A stretch of DNA of 64,000 bases. Origin: an uncultured delta proteobacterium (GTDB lineage: Bacteria; Desulfobacterota; Desulfobacteria; Desulfobacterales; JAFDCJ01). Where the stretch lies: assembly GCA_963769935.1 (NCBI GenBank), contig CAVYNY010000013.1, positions 96,001 through 160,000 of the forward strand. Direction: 5' to 3'. Under the pieces are notes generated by a model. It ran no database searches. It was not told the DNA's origin and saw only the letters and a list, made by a program, of their open reading frames with translations. Positions 31,072-40,288 of this stretch are shown here, piece by piece. The stretch's first letter is position 1, and the number at the start of each line of letters is the position of its first letter. Position numbers and translations under genes: made by a program.

Positions 31072-32505
31072 TTAAATATAGCCGCCTAGCTGCGCCTGCA
31101 GCTCCGCCTCGATCCCGTCCAGGTATTCACGAGCAAAATCTATCTGCAACTCGACCCACATCGGCAAATGGTCGGACATCTGGTATGTCCGCCAGCTCGC
31201 GTAGCTGGAGTAGAATTCGTTTGAACCGGGCTTGCGCATAAACGGGTGGTAGATGTCTTCCTCATCGGTTCGGTAGACAGTCTCAAAGTAGTCAAAGACA
31301 CCGGCACGATACGGGATAATATGGGTATAGGTCTTGCGGCGCTTTGATTTCCCCATCCACAGTGCGATCTGGTCGTAGAACTTGTCCTGCTTGACGTTGG
31401 AACCAGGGATATTTTGCAGCGGTTGCGGGGTTACGAAGTCGTTCGACTGCAGCGCCTCCATCGTCTCATGCTCGCGATCAACGATGTTGAAGTCGCCCAG
31501 CACGATGAAATACGAGTCGGCGTCCGAATCGCTGTCGCTCTCGGCGCGTTCGGCGAGAAGTTCCGTGAGGCGTCGGATCTCCTCCTTGCGCTGTTCGACT
31601 CCCGCGGCCCCGGTGCCGTAGTATATATGCACCGTAGCCAGATTGATCTTCAGCCAACCGGCCTGAAATGATGCAATGAATGGTGTTCGTGCGAATTGTT
31701 GCGGACCGCCCACGAGCGAGTTCGGGGGCAGTACGATCTCCCCGGCCTCAGGAAGCGTCGGCGTGGACGTCGCCTCGATGGCAATCCCGTTTTCGGCTGT
31801 GATCGGCACGCGCGCGTTATTTGCGAACCGGAGCAACGAGCCGGGCGGCAGAAGGACCTTCGTCCCATCTGGAAGCAGGATGTCGACGTCCTCCGCGAGC
31901 TTCGTCTGGCCGGAGGCAAGCTTGCCGGTCTTCAGACCGGTCGGGGAGGTGAGGATCTGCCCTGCCGGAAGCTCGAACTGCGCTCCACCTTCGATTTTAA
32001 ATCGATCGCCGAACGGATCGGTGACTTTCTGCCCGTTTGGAAGCGTGAGTTCGCCGGCGACATGGCGGAACCAGACCTTGTCCCGATTGAAGAGAAACGC
32101 CATGCGTTCATCGTTTCCGGAGCTGCCTTCGGTCACGTCGGTCGCTATATAGTCCCAGTTGGAACCCAGCAGATTCTTTACGTCGTTGAGCGCGCCGAGG
32201 TCACGGCGAATCTCCTGCAGCGCAATCAGGTCAAAATGCGAAAGGATTTCAGCGATGTATGCTTTCGCCTCCTGGCTCCGCAGTCCATAACTCGGCGCAT
32301 CGAACTCGCGGAGGTTCCAGGTCGCGATCCGAACATAGCTCGCCGAGTCAGACGGCGGCACTACATCTTGCGGCAGTACGGCAGCGTCAACGTGCGCTTT
32401 AAACGCAGCACGCAGCGCTTTTAACTTTTGGGCGGCTCTCCGCTTGGTGTTCAGTGTATCGTTGTTATCGCTCAGACGAGGGCGCAGCCAAGTATAGATC
32501 GGCAT
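31072..32505 (-). CDS. Endonuclease/exonuclease/phosphatase (EEP) family protein with a ~100-aa insertion
   Basis: IATWNLREF, ALQEI, GNDERMAF, FARTPF, TVHIYYG, LGDFNI, YDQI, MSDHLPMW; AAAGGAG RBS. Confidence 0.9.
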   Translation of the reverse strand: MPIYTWLRPRLSDNNDTLNTKRRAAQKLKALRAAFKAHVDAAVLPQDVVPPSDSASYVRIATWNLREFDAPSYGLRSQEAKAYIAEILSHFDLIALQEIRRDLGALNDVKNLLGSNWDYIATDVTEGSSGNDERMAFLFNRDKVWFRHVAGELTLPNGQKVTDPFGDRFKIEGGAQFELPAGQILTSPTGLKTGKLASGQTKLAEDVDILLPDGTKVLLPPGSLLRFANNARVPITAENGIAIEATSTPTLPEAGEIVLPPNSLVGGPQQFARTPFIASFQAGWLKINLATVHIYYGTGAAGVEQRKEEIRRLTELLAERAESDSDSDADSYFIVLGDFNIVDREHETMEALQSNDFVTPQPLQNIPGSNVKQDKFYDQIALWMGKSKRRKTYTHIIPYRAGVFDYFETVYRTDEEDIYHPFMRKPGSNEFYSSYASWRTYQMSDHLPMWVELQIDFAREYLDGIEAELQAQLGGYI

Positions 32506-32693
32506 CGGAATCTCCTTTCAGTTAAGGGGAAATCTTGCCCCTTCGATTTGATGGGCCTATTTGACTTTTTCCCGATCATTTAGTTTTATGGATATCCTGA
32601 ATAAAATTCTGCTAACGCTTAATTTAAGGAGCCGGGAATCTGTGGTCAACAACATTCGGTGAAGCCGGTAAAACCCGACTAAAAATTATGAAC

Positions 32694-33095
32694 CTAATTT
32701 TTCGTGAACCCAAACACTTTATAGAGCCATACGATACAAAAGGCCGCCAACACTAACCAAATTGCGACGATAACGACTGCCGCTACACGGCTCACCGGTT
32801 TACCGTTTGATATGATTTTCTGCGCTCGTGCGCGGCACTCCGCCAGAACGGCAGGTGGAATCATTTTTATTGCCAGGGCTATTCCCATAGGAATCAATAT
32901 GAAATCGTCCACATAGCCCAGAACCGGCACGAAGTCCGGAATTAGATCAATCGGGCTAAGCGCATAGGCGACTATTCCCGCGACTAAGAGCTTCGCATAC
33001 CACGGTGTACCGGGATGGCGCGCAGCAAGGTAGAGCGCGAATGTTTCCGCTTTCAGAAGACGGGCACGCTGTTTGAGATCAGTCAGAAACGCCAT
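32694..33095 (-). CDS. YkvA / DUF1232 family membrane protein
   Basis: TPWYAK...YALSPIDLIPDFVPVLGYVDD signature. Confidence 0.92.
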   Translation of the reverse strand: MAFLTDLKQRARLLKAETFALYLAARHPGTPWYAKLLVAGIVAYALSPIDLIPDFVPVLGYVDDFILIPMGIALAIKMIPPAVLAECRARAQKIISNGKPVSRVAAVVIVAIWLVLAAFCIVWLYKVFGFTKN

Positions 33096-33318
33096 TGATT
33101 ATTTTTAAGTAGCTGAATTTATTTAATCAACTTTTTATCTTTTGGTGTATAATAGGCTAATAATTTACGCTCGAAGTCAATAGATATTATTTGTCTTTGG
33201 TAATTTCTGCACCTTGTATTATAATCTTTGGACAACATCACAAGTCGGACCGGCCGGCCGCGGCGCAGCGGAGATCCCGGGCCGGGATACCAATGCCTAA
33301 ATCAGGATATCTGACCAC

Positions 33319-34302
33319 ATGCAAAACAAAGCGTACAGTATATTAACCATTGGCGGCGGCAGCGGACAATTCACACTGCTGTCCGGTTTGAGAGACTTGG
33401 AAGACATCGTTATAACCTCGGTCGTGTCCATGGCCGATAACGGTGGGAGCACCGGCCGCTTGAGGGACGAGCTCGGCATATTGCCGCCCGGCGATGCCCT
33501 GAAATGTCTCATTGCACTTTCGCCCTTTCGTGATGCCGCCCGCAAAATCATGCTTAAAAAACTGAATAACGATAGACGCTTAAAGGGCCACAATGCCGGC
33601 AACATTCTACTGACGATGCTTTCCCGCTACACGGGCGATTTTCCATCAGCCATCAGGGCTTTATCAGAGATTCTGGAGATCAAAGGCCGGGTTTTGCCGG
33701 GAACGATCAGCAAAACAACGCTGGTTGCCGAGTTAAACGACGGGACCCGCATCTATGGTGAATCTGCAATCGATATACCGCAAAGTTCACGAAGGGAGCA
33801 GATCCGGGACCTGTTCCTGGTTCCGCACTATAAAAATTCATTTGCCGCTTACCCGCCTGTGATCGAGGCCATTGAGAACTCGGATTATATCTTTATCGGT
33901 CCCGGAGACTTATATACCAGCATTATCGCAAGCCTCATCATCCCGGGTATTAAGGAAGCCCTTCAGCAAACGGATGCAAAAATCATTTACATACTGAACA
34001 TAATGACCAAATTCGGCGAAACCGATCATTACCAGGCGGTTGATTTTGTTCGTAAGATTGAAGATTATTTAGACCGCCCGGTCAACGGCGTCATCTGCAA
34101 TACCCGCGAGCCGGACAGAAAAATCCTGAGAAAGTATGAAAAAGAAAAAGCTGAATTTGTTGAACTTGGCAAAGTAGAAGGCTGGATCGATAGCCGCACG
34201 ATCTATGCCAGAGATCTGATGGATAGCTCAGAAAATATTGTTCGCCATGATTCAAATAAGCTGGCATCCCTGATACGGGATATCGTTTTTAAGAAAACTT
34301 GA
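33319..34302 (+). CDS. YvcK / UPF0052 (CofD-related) family protein
   Basis: IGGGSG, ADNGGSTGRLR, PPGD, GHNAGN, GPGDLYTSI, VRHD. Confidence 0.9.
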   Translation: MQNKAYSILTIGGGSGQFTLLSGLRDLEDIVITSVVSMADNGGSTGRLRDELGILPPGDALKCLIALSPFRDAARKIMLKKLNNDRRLKGHNAGNILLTMLSRYTGDFPSAIRALSEILEIKGRVLPGTISKTTLVAELNDGTRIYGESAIDIPQSSRREQIRDLFLVPHYKNSFAAYPPVIEAIENSDYIFIGPGDLYTSIIASLIIPGIKEALQQTDAKIIYILNIMTKFGETDHYQAVDFVRKIEDYLDRPVNGVICNTREPDRKILRKYEKEKAEFVELGKVEGWIDSRTIYARDLMDSSENIVRHDSNKLASLIRDIVFKKT

Positions 34303-34334
34303 AAATTTTGTATCAAAAAAGGGGGCAAAAAGGG

Positions 34335-35273
34335 CTACAAAGCGCCTATGCCCATTAAACTTATTTCATTCCGGAAATGCCGCTGGAAAGCCTTTTCGGT
34401 TTGATTCGGGATCTTATCCTGCAATTGAAACAGCGATATTTTATTGATTACTTTCTTGGAAGGAATTCTTACCGGAATAATCGTGCCATTGCTTATTTCT
34501 TGAGTGACAAGATGTGAAACTATGACACCCAGGCCCAAATGGTGTTTTATCGCCGCAATAACCGCTTGCACGTTGTCAACGGTCAGGACGACATTTAATT
34601 GGAGCGGGGACTTCCCGAAATGATATTTGAACCAGCTCAACAGCGCGGAAGCATCGAGCTTATATTCTATAAACTCTGTGGCTGCGAGGTGTTTGAAGGA
34701 ATGGTCCTTCCTGATGTTGCGCTCATAGTACGGTCCGGAACAGGCCATAATAACATCCTCCTCGAGAAACGGCTCGATACTATAGCCGCTGAGCTCACCG
34801 AAAATCTGGCCGTCGTTCGAAAATACATCCATGTAGGCGAAGTCGAGTTCACCATCTCCGACAATGGGCAATAGCGTCGCTGGATCACCCAATTTAAGGA
34901 AAAAAGTCACCTCGGGGTATTTCTTTCTAAACGAGGAAATTATGCCGGGCATATATGCCTTTCCGAATTCAACGGGAGCCCCGATTCTGAGAAGCCCCGA
35001 AGGGGTTCCCTGTGCTTTCTTGATTTTCCCGATCCCGACTTCCAACTCTTTCACAAACGGCTTCAAAACACGAAACAATCTGTCACCCGCGGCCGTGGGC
35101 ACTAATCGTCTATGAAGTCGGGTAAAAAGGGGGGCGTTTATTTCAGATTCAAGCTTTTGAAGATGCTGGCTGACCGCCGATTGCGTAATATGCAGCTCTT
35201 TGGCCGCGGCCACACTGCTTTTTTTTAAATAAATGTAGAAGAAAACCTTTAGACGATTGAAGTCCGGAAGCAT
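34335..35273 (-). CDS. LysR-family transcriptional regulator
   Basis: AAKELHITQSAVSQHLQKLE HTH, LFTRLHRRLVPT, GLLRIGAP; exact start uncertain (35273 or 35282). Confidence 0.92.
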   Translation of the reverse strand: MLPDFNRLKVFFYIYLKKSSVAAAKELHITQSAVSQHLQKLESEINAPLFTRLHRRLVPTAAGDRLFRVLKPFVKELEVGIGKIKKAQGTPSGLLRIGAPVEFGKAYMPGIISSFRKKYPEVTFFLKLGDPATLLPIVGDGELDFAYMDVFSNDGQIFGELSGYSIEPFLEEDVIMACSGPYYERNIRKDHSFKHLAATEFIEYKLDASALLSWFKYHFGKSPLQLNVVLTVDNVQAVIAAIKHHLGLGVIVSHLVTQEISNGTIIPVRIPSKKVINKISLFQLQDKIPNQTEKAFQRHFRNEISLMGIGAL

Positions 35274-35399
35274 AGAGAACATCCTCTCTTCGATTCTCCA
35301 GGACCCTGAATCCAAGCCTCAATTCATGCCAACAGCGAAGAAACAAGGACCACCCGCCAAGTCGTTAAGATGGGTCAATTGACAACATGCCGGATTTAT

Positions 35400-35421
35400 T
35401 TATTAAAAGAACTCTTAATAA
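35400..35421. promoter_or_regulatory. Inverted repeat in the divergent lysR promoter (candidate operator)
   Basis: TTATTAA-N8-TTAATAA in an AT-rich divergent intergenic region. Confidence 0.45.
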
Positions 35422-35533
35422 GCTCAGCTTAATCAAAAGGTTAGATTAATTAATTTGACTTATTTAATAAACCTGCCTTAGGATGTCAATGTAGAATTGA
35501 AAACTTTTCGGTGATCCTACTAGGAGATTCCTC

Positions 35534-35731
35534 ATGTTTTATCCTCTTGAACCACCCCGCGCTACACCTGGAAAAAAGCAAGCGGCGGCTTTGGTGGTTT
35601 TGAATCCTGCGCAGTCGCGCAGACTCGTCGCTAAGGGGGCGGTGGCCATGCCGGACGAGTACAGGATCGCCGATCCGGTTCAATACAATTATGACGCCCA
35701 AGCCCAGTTGGACGTCCTGGGCGGTCTCTGA
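35534..35731 (+). pseudogene. 65-aa ORF, probable internally deleted remnant of a larger conserved hypothetical protein
   Basis: AGGAG RBS; first gene of the lysR-divergent unit; 'VVLNPAQSRRLVAKG' recalls the N-terminus of longer proteins (from memory, unverified). Confidence 0.45.
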
Positions 35732-35800
35732 GCCAAGGAAACGGCCGAACCAGCTATATCTAAATTACCCAAACCACTTTCAGGATCGAGGGAAAATATT

Positions 35801-36874
35801 ATGCAAATACCAGTCACCAAAGTCATTCCCGCTATGGCACGGCGGAAACCGGACGACGAATCCAAGCTCGGGTTCGGAGTTCTCATGTCCAACCACATGT
35901 TCAAATTGGATTATAATGCCGATCGGGGATGGCACTCCGCCCGCATCGAGCCCTACGCCCCTCTTCAGCTCTATCCCGCCGCCGCAGTTCTCCACTACGC
36001 CCAGGAGGCCTTCGAGGGACTCAAAGCCTACCGGTCCGCCGGGGGTGAACTTCTCCTCTTCCGGCCCAGGGCGAACCTCGCGCGGTTGTCCCGGACTTGC
36101 CAAAGGCTGTGCATCCCGGACTATCCTGAGGATCTGGTCCTGGAGGGGATAAAACAGCTCGTCGCCCTGGACAGGGACTGGGTACCCTCGGCCCCGGGAA
36201 CCTCTCTTTATGTCCGGCCCAACATCATCGCCACCGAACCCTTTCTCGGCGTGAGAGAGGCCCATGAGTATCTCCTCTATGTCATCACCGGCCCCGTTGG
36301 GGCCTACTATCCTGAGGGTTTTGCCCCGGTCAAGATCATGGTCGAGGATACATACACCCGGGCGGCCCCCGGCGGGGTGGGCGAAGCCAAAACCGCCGGC
36401 AACTACGCCTCCAGCCTCAAGGCCCAGATCGAAGCCCATAAAAAGGGATTCACCCAGGTCCTCTGGCTCGACGGGAAAGAGCGCAGGTACGTCGAAGAAG
36501 TGGGGACCATGAACATCTTCTTCAAATTCAAAGGGGAACTGGCCACGGCTCCCCTGGGCGGGACCATCCTGCCGGGTATCACCCGCGATTCGATCATCAC
36601 CCTGGCCAAAGACCTGGGAATCACAGTCCGGGAGCGTCCTATTGCCATCGACGAAGTGATCGACAAGGCCCGGTCAGGCGAATTGGAAGAGGTCTTTGGT
36701 TCGGGGACCGCCGCCGTGGTTTCCCCTGTGTCCACGCTCCGTTACCAGGACGCGGACTATGAGATTTCCGGCGGTCGGACCGGCCCCCTGGCCCAGAAAC
36801 TTTTCGACACGATCGTCGCCATCCAGTATGGTGCAGCCGATGACCCGCACGGCTGGCGGGAGAAAGTCGTTTAG
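35801..36874 (+). CDS. ilvE: Branched-chain amino acid aminotransferase
   Basis: LHYAQEAFEGLKAY, LFRP, LYVRP, AKTAGNY, EEVGTMN, ILPGITRDS, GSGTAAVV. Confidence 0.96.
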   Translation: MQIPVTKVIPAMARRKPDDESKLGFGVLMSNHMFKLDYNADRGWHSARIEPYAPLQLYPAAAVLHYAQEAFEGLKAYRSAGGELLLFRPRANLARLSRTCQRLCIPDYPEDLVLEGIKQLVALDRDWVPSAPGTSLYVRPNIIATEPFLGVREAHEYLLYVITGPVGAYYPEGFAPVKIMVEDTYTRAAPGGVGEAKTAGNYASSLKAQIEAHKKGFTQVLWLDGKERRYVEEVGTMNIFFKFKGELATAPLGGTILPGITRDSIITLAKDLGITVRERPIAIDEVIDKARSGELEEVFGSGTAAVVSPVSTLRYQDADYEISGGRTGPLAQKLFDTIVAIQYGAADDPHGWREKVV

Positions 36875-36958
36875 ATCGGCCGGAATACGCTACCGGCTGG
36901 ATTTTACCCTGGCAGGGTGAATATCGAGCCAAAACCGATGGAAAGGGAGGTAAGGCAT

Positions 36959-37357
36959 ATGTCGTTGTACAAAACGGTTTCGGAAAACGAGGCCACCGGA
37001 AAAGTGAAAGAGGTATATGACGATCTCAAGGCGACCAAAAAGATCGATTTCGTTCCGAATTTCTGGAAGGCGCTTTCGATCAATCCGGATCACCTGGAAG
37101 CCGTCTGGCAGAAGCTGAAGGCCGTCATGAAACCCGGCAAGCTCGATTTGCGCACCAAGGAGATCATCGCCCTCGCGGTTTCGATCACCAACAATTGTGA
37201 GTACTGAATCCACTCCCACAGCGCCGCCGTGAAGCGGCTTGGACTTGACAACGAGGCCATCGGTGAGATCGTGGCCGTGGTGGACGTGTTTTCCGGCACA
37301 AATTGTATTGCAAATGCCTATCGGGTCGAGCCGGATGTTTCGCCCGCCCCCGAATGA
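36959..37357 (+). CDS. AhpD / carboxymuconolactone-decarboxylase family selenoprotein (CxxU), 132 aa
   Basis: KEIIALAVSITNNCEY-TGA(37205-37207)-IHSHSAAVKRLG...SPAPE* continues in frame for 49 codons and matches the AhpD CxxC..H core; GGAGG RBS. Confidence 0.9.
37223..37238 (+). promoter_or_regulatory. SECIS-like hairpin of the AhpD-like gene
   Basis: GCCGC-CGUGAA-GCGGC stem-loop starting 15 nt after the UGA. Confidence 0.65.
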
Positions 37358-37568
37358 TCGGCATCCGGTGTAAAATACTTAAATATTGCAAAACCCCGGA
37401 TAATTAATTGTCGACTTTAAAAACTTATGACCAGGGCAGACTTGCTGGATCTCTAAATCCTTGATGTTTTCCATTGCGATTTCGGCGCCGGGAACAAAAT
37501 TATTGCTCAATAATTCGGCGCCAAGCCATCTACAAGAATGCCGGCACAGGTCGGAAAGTATCCAAGAA

Positions 37569-37940
37569 ATGACAAATAGTAAAGTTCAGCGATTCAAATG
37601 GGACGATATGCCCAAAGAGAAACTAAATGATCGCATTGCCAGGAGAATTATCACCGGCGAAAAGGTTATGCTCACGCATGTCTATTTGAAAAAAGGTGCC
37701 GTGGTGCCAATGCATTCGCATTTCAATGAGCAAATCACCTATATCTTAGAGGGAAAGCTCAAGTTTTGGATTGAAAGCGAGGATGCGGATCCTATAACAG
37801 TTGGCCCGGGGGATGTGCTGATTCTGCCGTCTAATCTTTCCCATAAGGCAGAGGCACTTGAGGATACCTTAGACGTCGACATTTTTGCCCCTCCCAGAGA
37901 GGATTGGTTGAAAAAGGAAGATGCTTATTTGAGGGGATAA
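37569..37940 (+). CDS. Cupin-domain protein
   Basis: GAVVPMHSHFNEQITYILEG ... HKAEALEDT..VDIFAPPREDW. Confidence 0.88.
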   Translation: MTNSKVQRFKWDDMPKEKLNDRIARRIITGEKVMLTHVYLKKGAVVPMHSHFNEQITYILEGKLKFWIESEDADPITVGPGDVLILPSNLSHKAEALEDTLDVDIFAPPREDWLKKEDAYLRG

Positions 37941-37942
37941 AA

Positions 37943-38734
37943 ATGGATTTAGGCTTAAAAAATAAAACCGCCTTAGTTTGCGGATCGAGCAAGGGTTTAG
38001 GCAAAGCAACAGCCAAATGCCTTGCGGTAGAAGGCGCCTCCGTTATCCTGTGCTCGTCCAATCCAGATAACCTGCAGAAGGCGAAACAGGATATACAGGA
38101 GGTTTCAAGCACGGAGGTGACGGCAATTTCTGCGAACTTGTCCGAACGTGACGATGTAAGCAGGCTCATCGAAATGCTGTTCAAACGATATAGCCACATT
38201 GATATATTGGTAAACAACACCGGTGGGCCTCCTCCCGGCAAATTCGACGAACTGGGCATCGCTGACTGGCAAGATGCATATGAAGCCATGTTTATAAGCG
38301 CCGTGATGCTGACAAAAAGTGTTTTGCCGGGAATGAAATCACAACGATGGGGACGAATATTGAACATTACCTCCATTGCCGTGAAACAACCAGTGGAAAA
38401 CCTGATTCTTTCGAATAGCATTAGAGCGGGAATTACGGGTTTTGCCCGAACCCTGGCCAACGAAGTGGCACCTTTCGGTATAACAGTGAATAACATATTG
38501 CCTGGATATACCAGAACGGAACGGCTGGAGAATTTGGCCGCAGAAACGGCCGGGAGAAAGGGCGGTTCTGTAGAAGAAGCCTACCAGACCTGGATAAAAG
38601 ACATCCCCATGAATCGGCTGGGGGAGCCGGAGGAATTCGGGAATGTTGTTACGTTTCTGGCTTCAGAAAGAGCCTCATATGTGACTGGCACGTCGATTAC
38701 CGTTGATGGCGGATGGGTTAGAAGTTTGATATAA
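37943..38734 (+). CDS. SDR family oxidoreductase
   Basis: GSSKGLG, ILVNNTGGP, SNSIRAG (atypical catalytic motif), TVNNILPG, VDGG. Confidence 0.92.
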   Translation: MDLGLKNKTALVCGSSKGLGKATAKCLAVEGASVILCSSNPDNLQKAKQDIQEVSSTEVTAISANLSERDDVSRLIEMLFKRYSHIDILVNNTGGPPPGKFDELGIADWQDAYEAMFISAVMLTKSVLPGMKSQRWGRILNITSIAVKQPVENLILSNSIRAGITGFARTLANEVAPFGITVNNILPGYTRTERLENLAAETAGRKGGSVEEAYQTWIKDIPMNRLGEPEEFGNVVTFLASERASYVTGTSITVDGGWVRSLI

Positions 38735-38791
38735 AAAAGAAGATTAAACCGTAACTTCAAAAAAAAGTTAGCGTGAACTTCCGAATTCCCG

Positions 38792-39505
38792 CTAGATTCC
38801 CAGGTAGGCTTTTCTAACCTGATCGTTGGCCAACAGGTTTGCGGCGGTGTCTGATAAAGTAACGCGGCCGGTCTCCATGACATAGCCCCGGTGAGCCACT
38901 CTGAGCGCCATGTTGGCATTTTGCTCAACCAGAAAAATGGTGGTCTTGTTTTCAGTATTTATTTGGCGGATGATATCGAAAATCCGTTTAACAAAAATCG
39001 GTGCCAGCCCCAGGGAAGGTTCGTCCATCAGCAGAAGACGTGGCCTGGCCATCAAAGCCCGCGATATGGCCAGCATTTGCTGCTCGCCGCCGCTCAGTGT
39101 TCCGCCGGCCTGATGGCGTCGTTCCGCCAGAATTGGAAAAAGCTCGTAGACATATTCAAGGTCGCGTTTGATTTCCTGCTGATCGGACCTCAAAAAGGCT
39201 CCCATGTCCAGATTTTCGTCCACGCTCAGAAATGGAAAAATGCGGCGGCCTTCGGGCACCTGGCAGATGCCGAGGGCGACAATTTCATTGGGCGGCAGGT
39301 CCTGAATCGGCTTGCCCATAAAATTGATTTCACCGGATCTGGGCGGAACGATTCCGCAAATCGACATGAGGGTAGTGGTCTTGCCGGCGCCGTTGGCCCC
39401 AATCAGCGTGATGATCTCGCCCTCGGATATATTAATCGAAACGTCTTTTAAGGCCTGGATGTTGCCGTAATACGTTTTTAAATGTTTTACCTCAAGCATC
39501 GACAT
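38792..39505 (-). CDS. livF: Branched-chain amino acid ABC ATPase LivF (second copy)
   Basis: GANGAGKTT, LSGGEQQML, DEPSLGLAP. Confidence 0.93.
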   Translation of the reverse strand: MSMLEVKHLKTYYGNIQALKDVSINISEGEIITLIGANGAGKTTTLMSICGIVPPRSGEINFMGKPIQDLPPNEIVALGICQVPEGRRIFPFLSVDENLDMGAFLRSDQQEIKRDLEYVYELFPILAERRHQAGGTLSGGEQQMLAISRALMARPRLLLMDEPSLGLAPIFVKRIFDIIRQINTENKTTIFLVEQNANMALRVAHRGYVMETGRVTLSDTAANLLANDQVRKAYLGI

Positions 39506-40280
39506 CTTCTCCGAGATACGCTTTAATCACCTCGGGATTATTTTTTATTTCCTGCGGAGATCCCTGGGCAATTTTTTTTCCGTAATCCACGACATAAATT
39601 CGATCGGATAAACTCATCACGAGCTTCATGTCATGTTCGATCAAAAGAATGGAAACGCCTTCTTCTTCACGGAGTTTGACGATCAGTTCATCGAGTTCCT
39701 GTGTTTCGTGAGGATTCATGCCGGCGGCCGGTTCATCCAGCAGCAGCAAAAACGGTTCGGTGGCCATGGCCCGCGCAATCTCGAGCCGGCGCTGGGCGCC
39801 ATACGGCAAGTTTTTGGCAAAATCATTGACAAACCGCGCCAGGCCCATTTTTTCCAGGACCAGGTAGCTGTGCTCAACAATTTGCGACTCTTCCTGCCGG
39901 GTCGATGCTCTCTTCAGAACGGCCCCCACGATACCGGATGACGTGCGGCAATGACGACCGATCATGACATTTTCAAGCACGGTCATATTCGGAAACAGCC
40001 GGATATTTTGAAAAGTTCGCGCCAGGCCGTTTTCCGTGACATTGTTGGGTTTTAAGCCGTTCAGCTTCCTGGATTTTTTACCGGGAGGACGAATCAGCAT
40101 AATACCCGACGTCGGCGAATATATACCGGTAATGCAGTTGAAAAAGGTGGTTTTGCCGGCACCGTTCGGACCGATGAGGGCCACAATCTCCCCCCGGCTG
40201 ATCTTCAGATCCAGGTGGTCCAGCGCCCGCAGGCCGCCGAAATCCATTGTTAATTCATTAACTTCCAGTATCGGTTCCAT
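39492..40280 (-). CDS. livG: Branched-chain amino acid ABC ATPase LivG (second copy)
   Basis: GPNGAGKTT, ARTFQNIRLF, LPYGAQRRLEIARA. Confidence 0.93.
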   Translation of the reverse strand: MEPILEVNELTMDFGGLRALDHLDLKISRGEIVALIGPNGAGKTTFFNCITGIYSPTSGIMLIRPPGKKSRKLNGLKPNNVTENGLARTFQNIRLFPNMTVLENVMIGRHCRTSSGIVGAVLKRASTRQEESQIVEHSYLVLEKMGLARFVNDFAKNLPYGAQRRLEIARAMATEPFLLLLDEPAAGMNPHETQELDELIVKLREEEGVSILLIEHDMKLVMSLSDRIYVVDYGKKIAQGSPQEIKNNPEVIKAYLGEDVDA

Positions 40281-40288
40281 ATCCTAAA

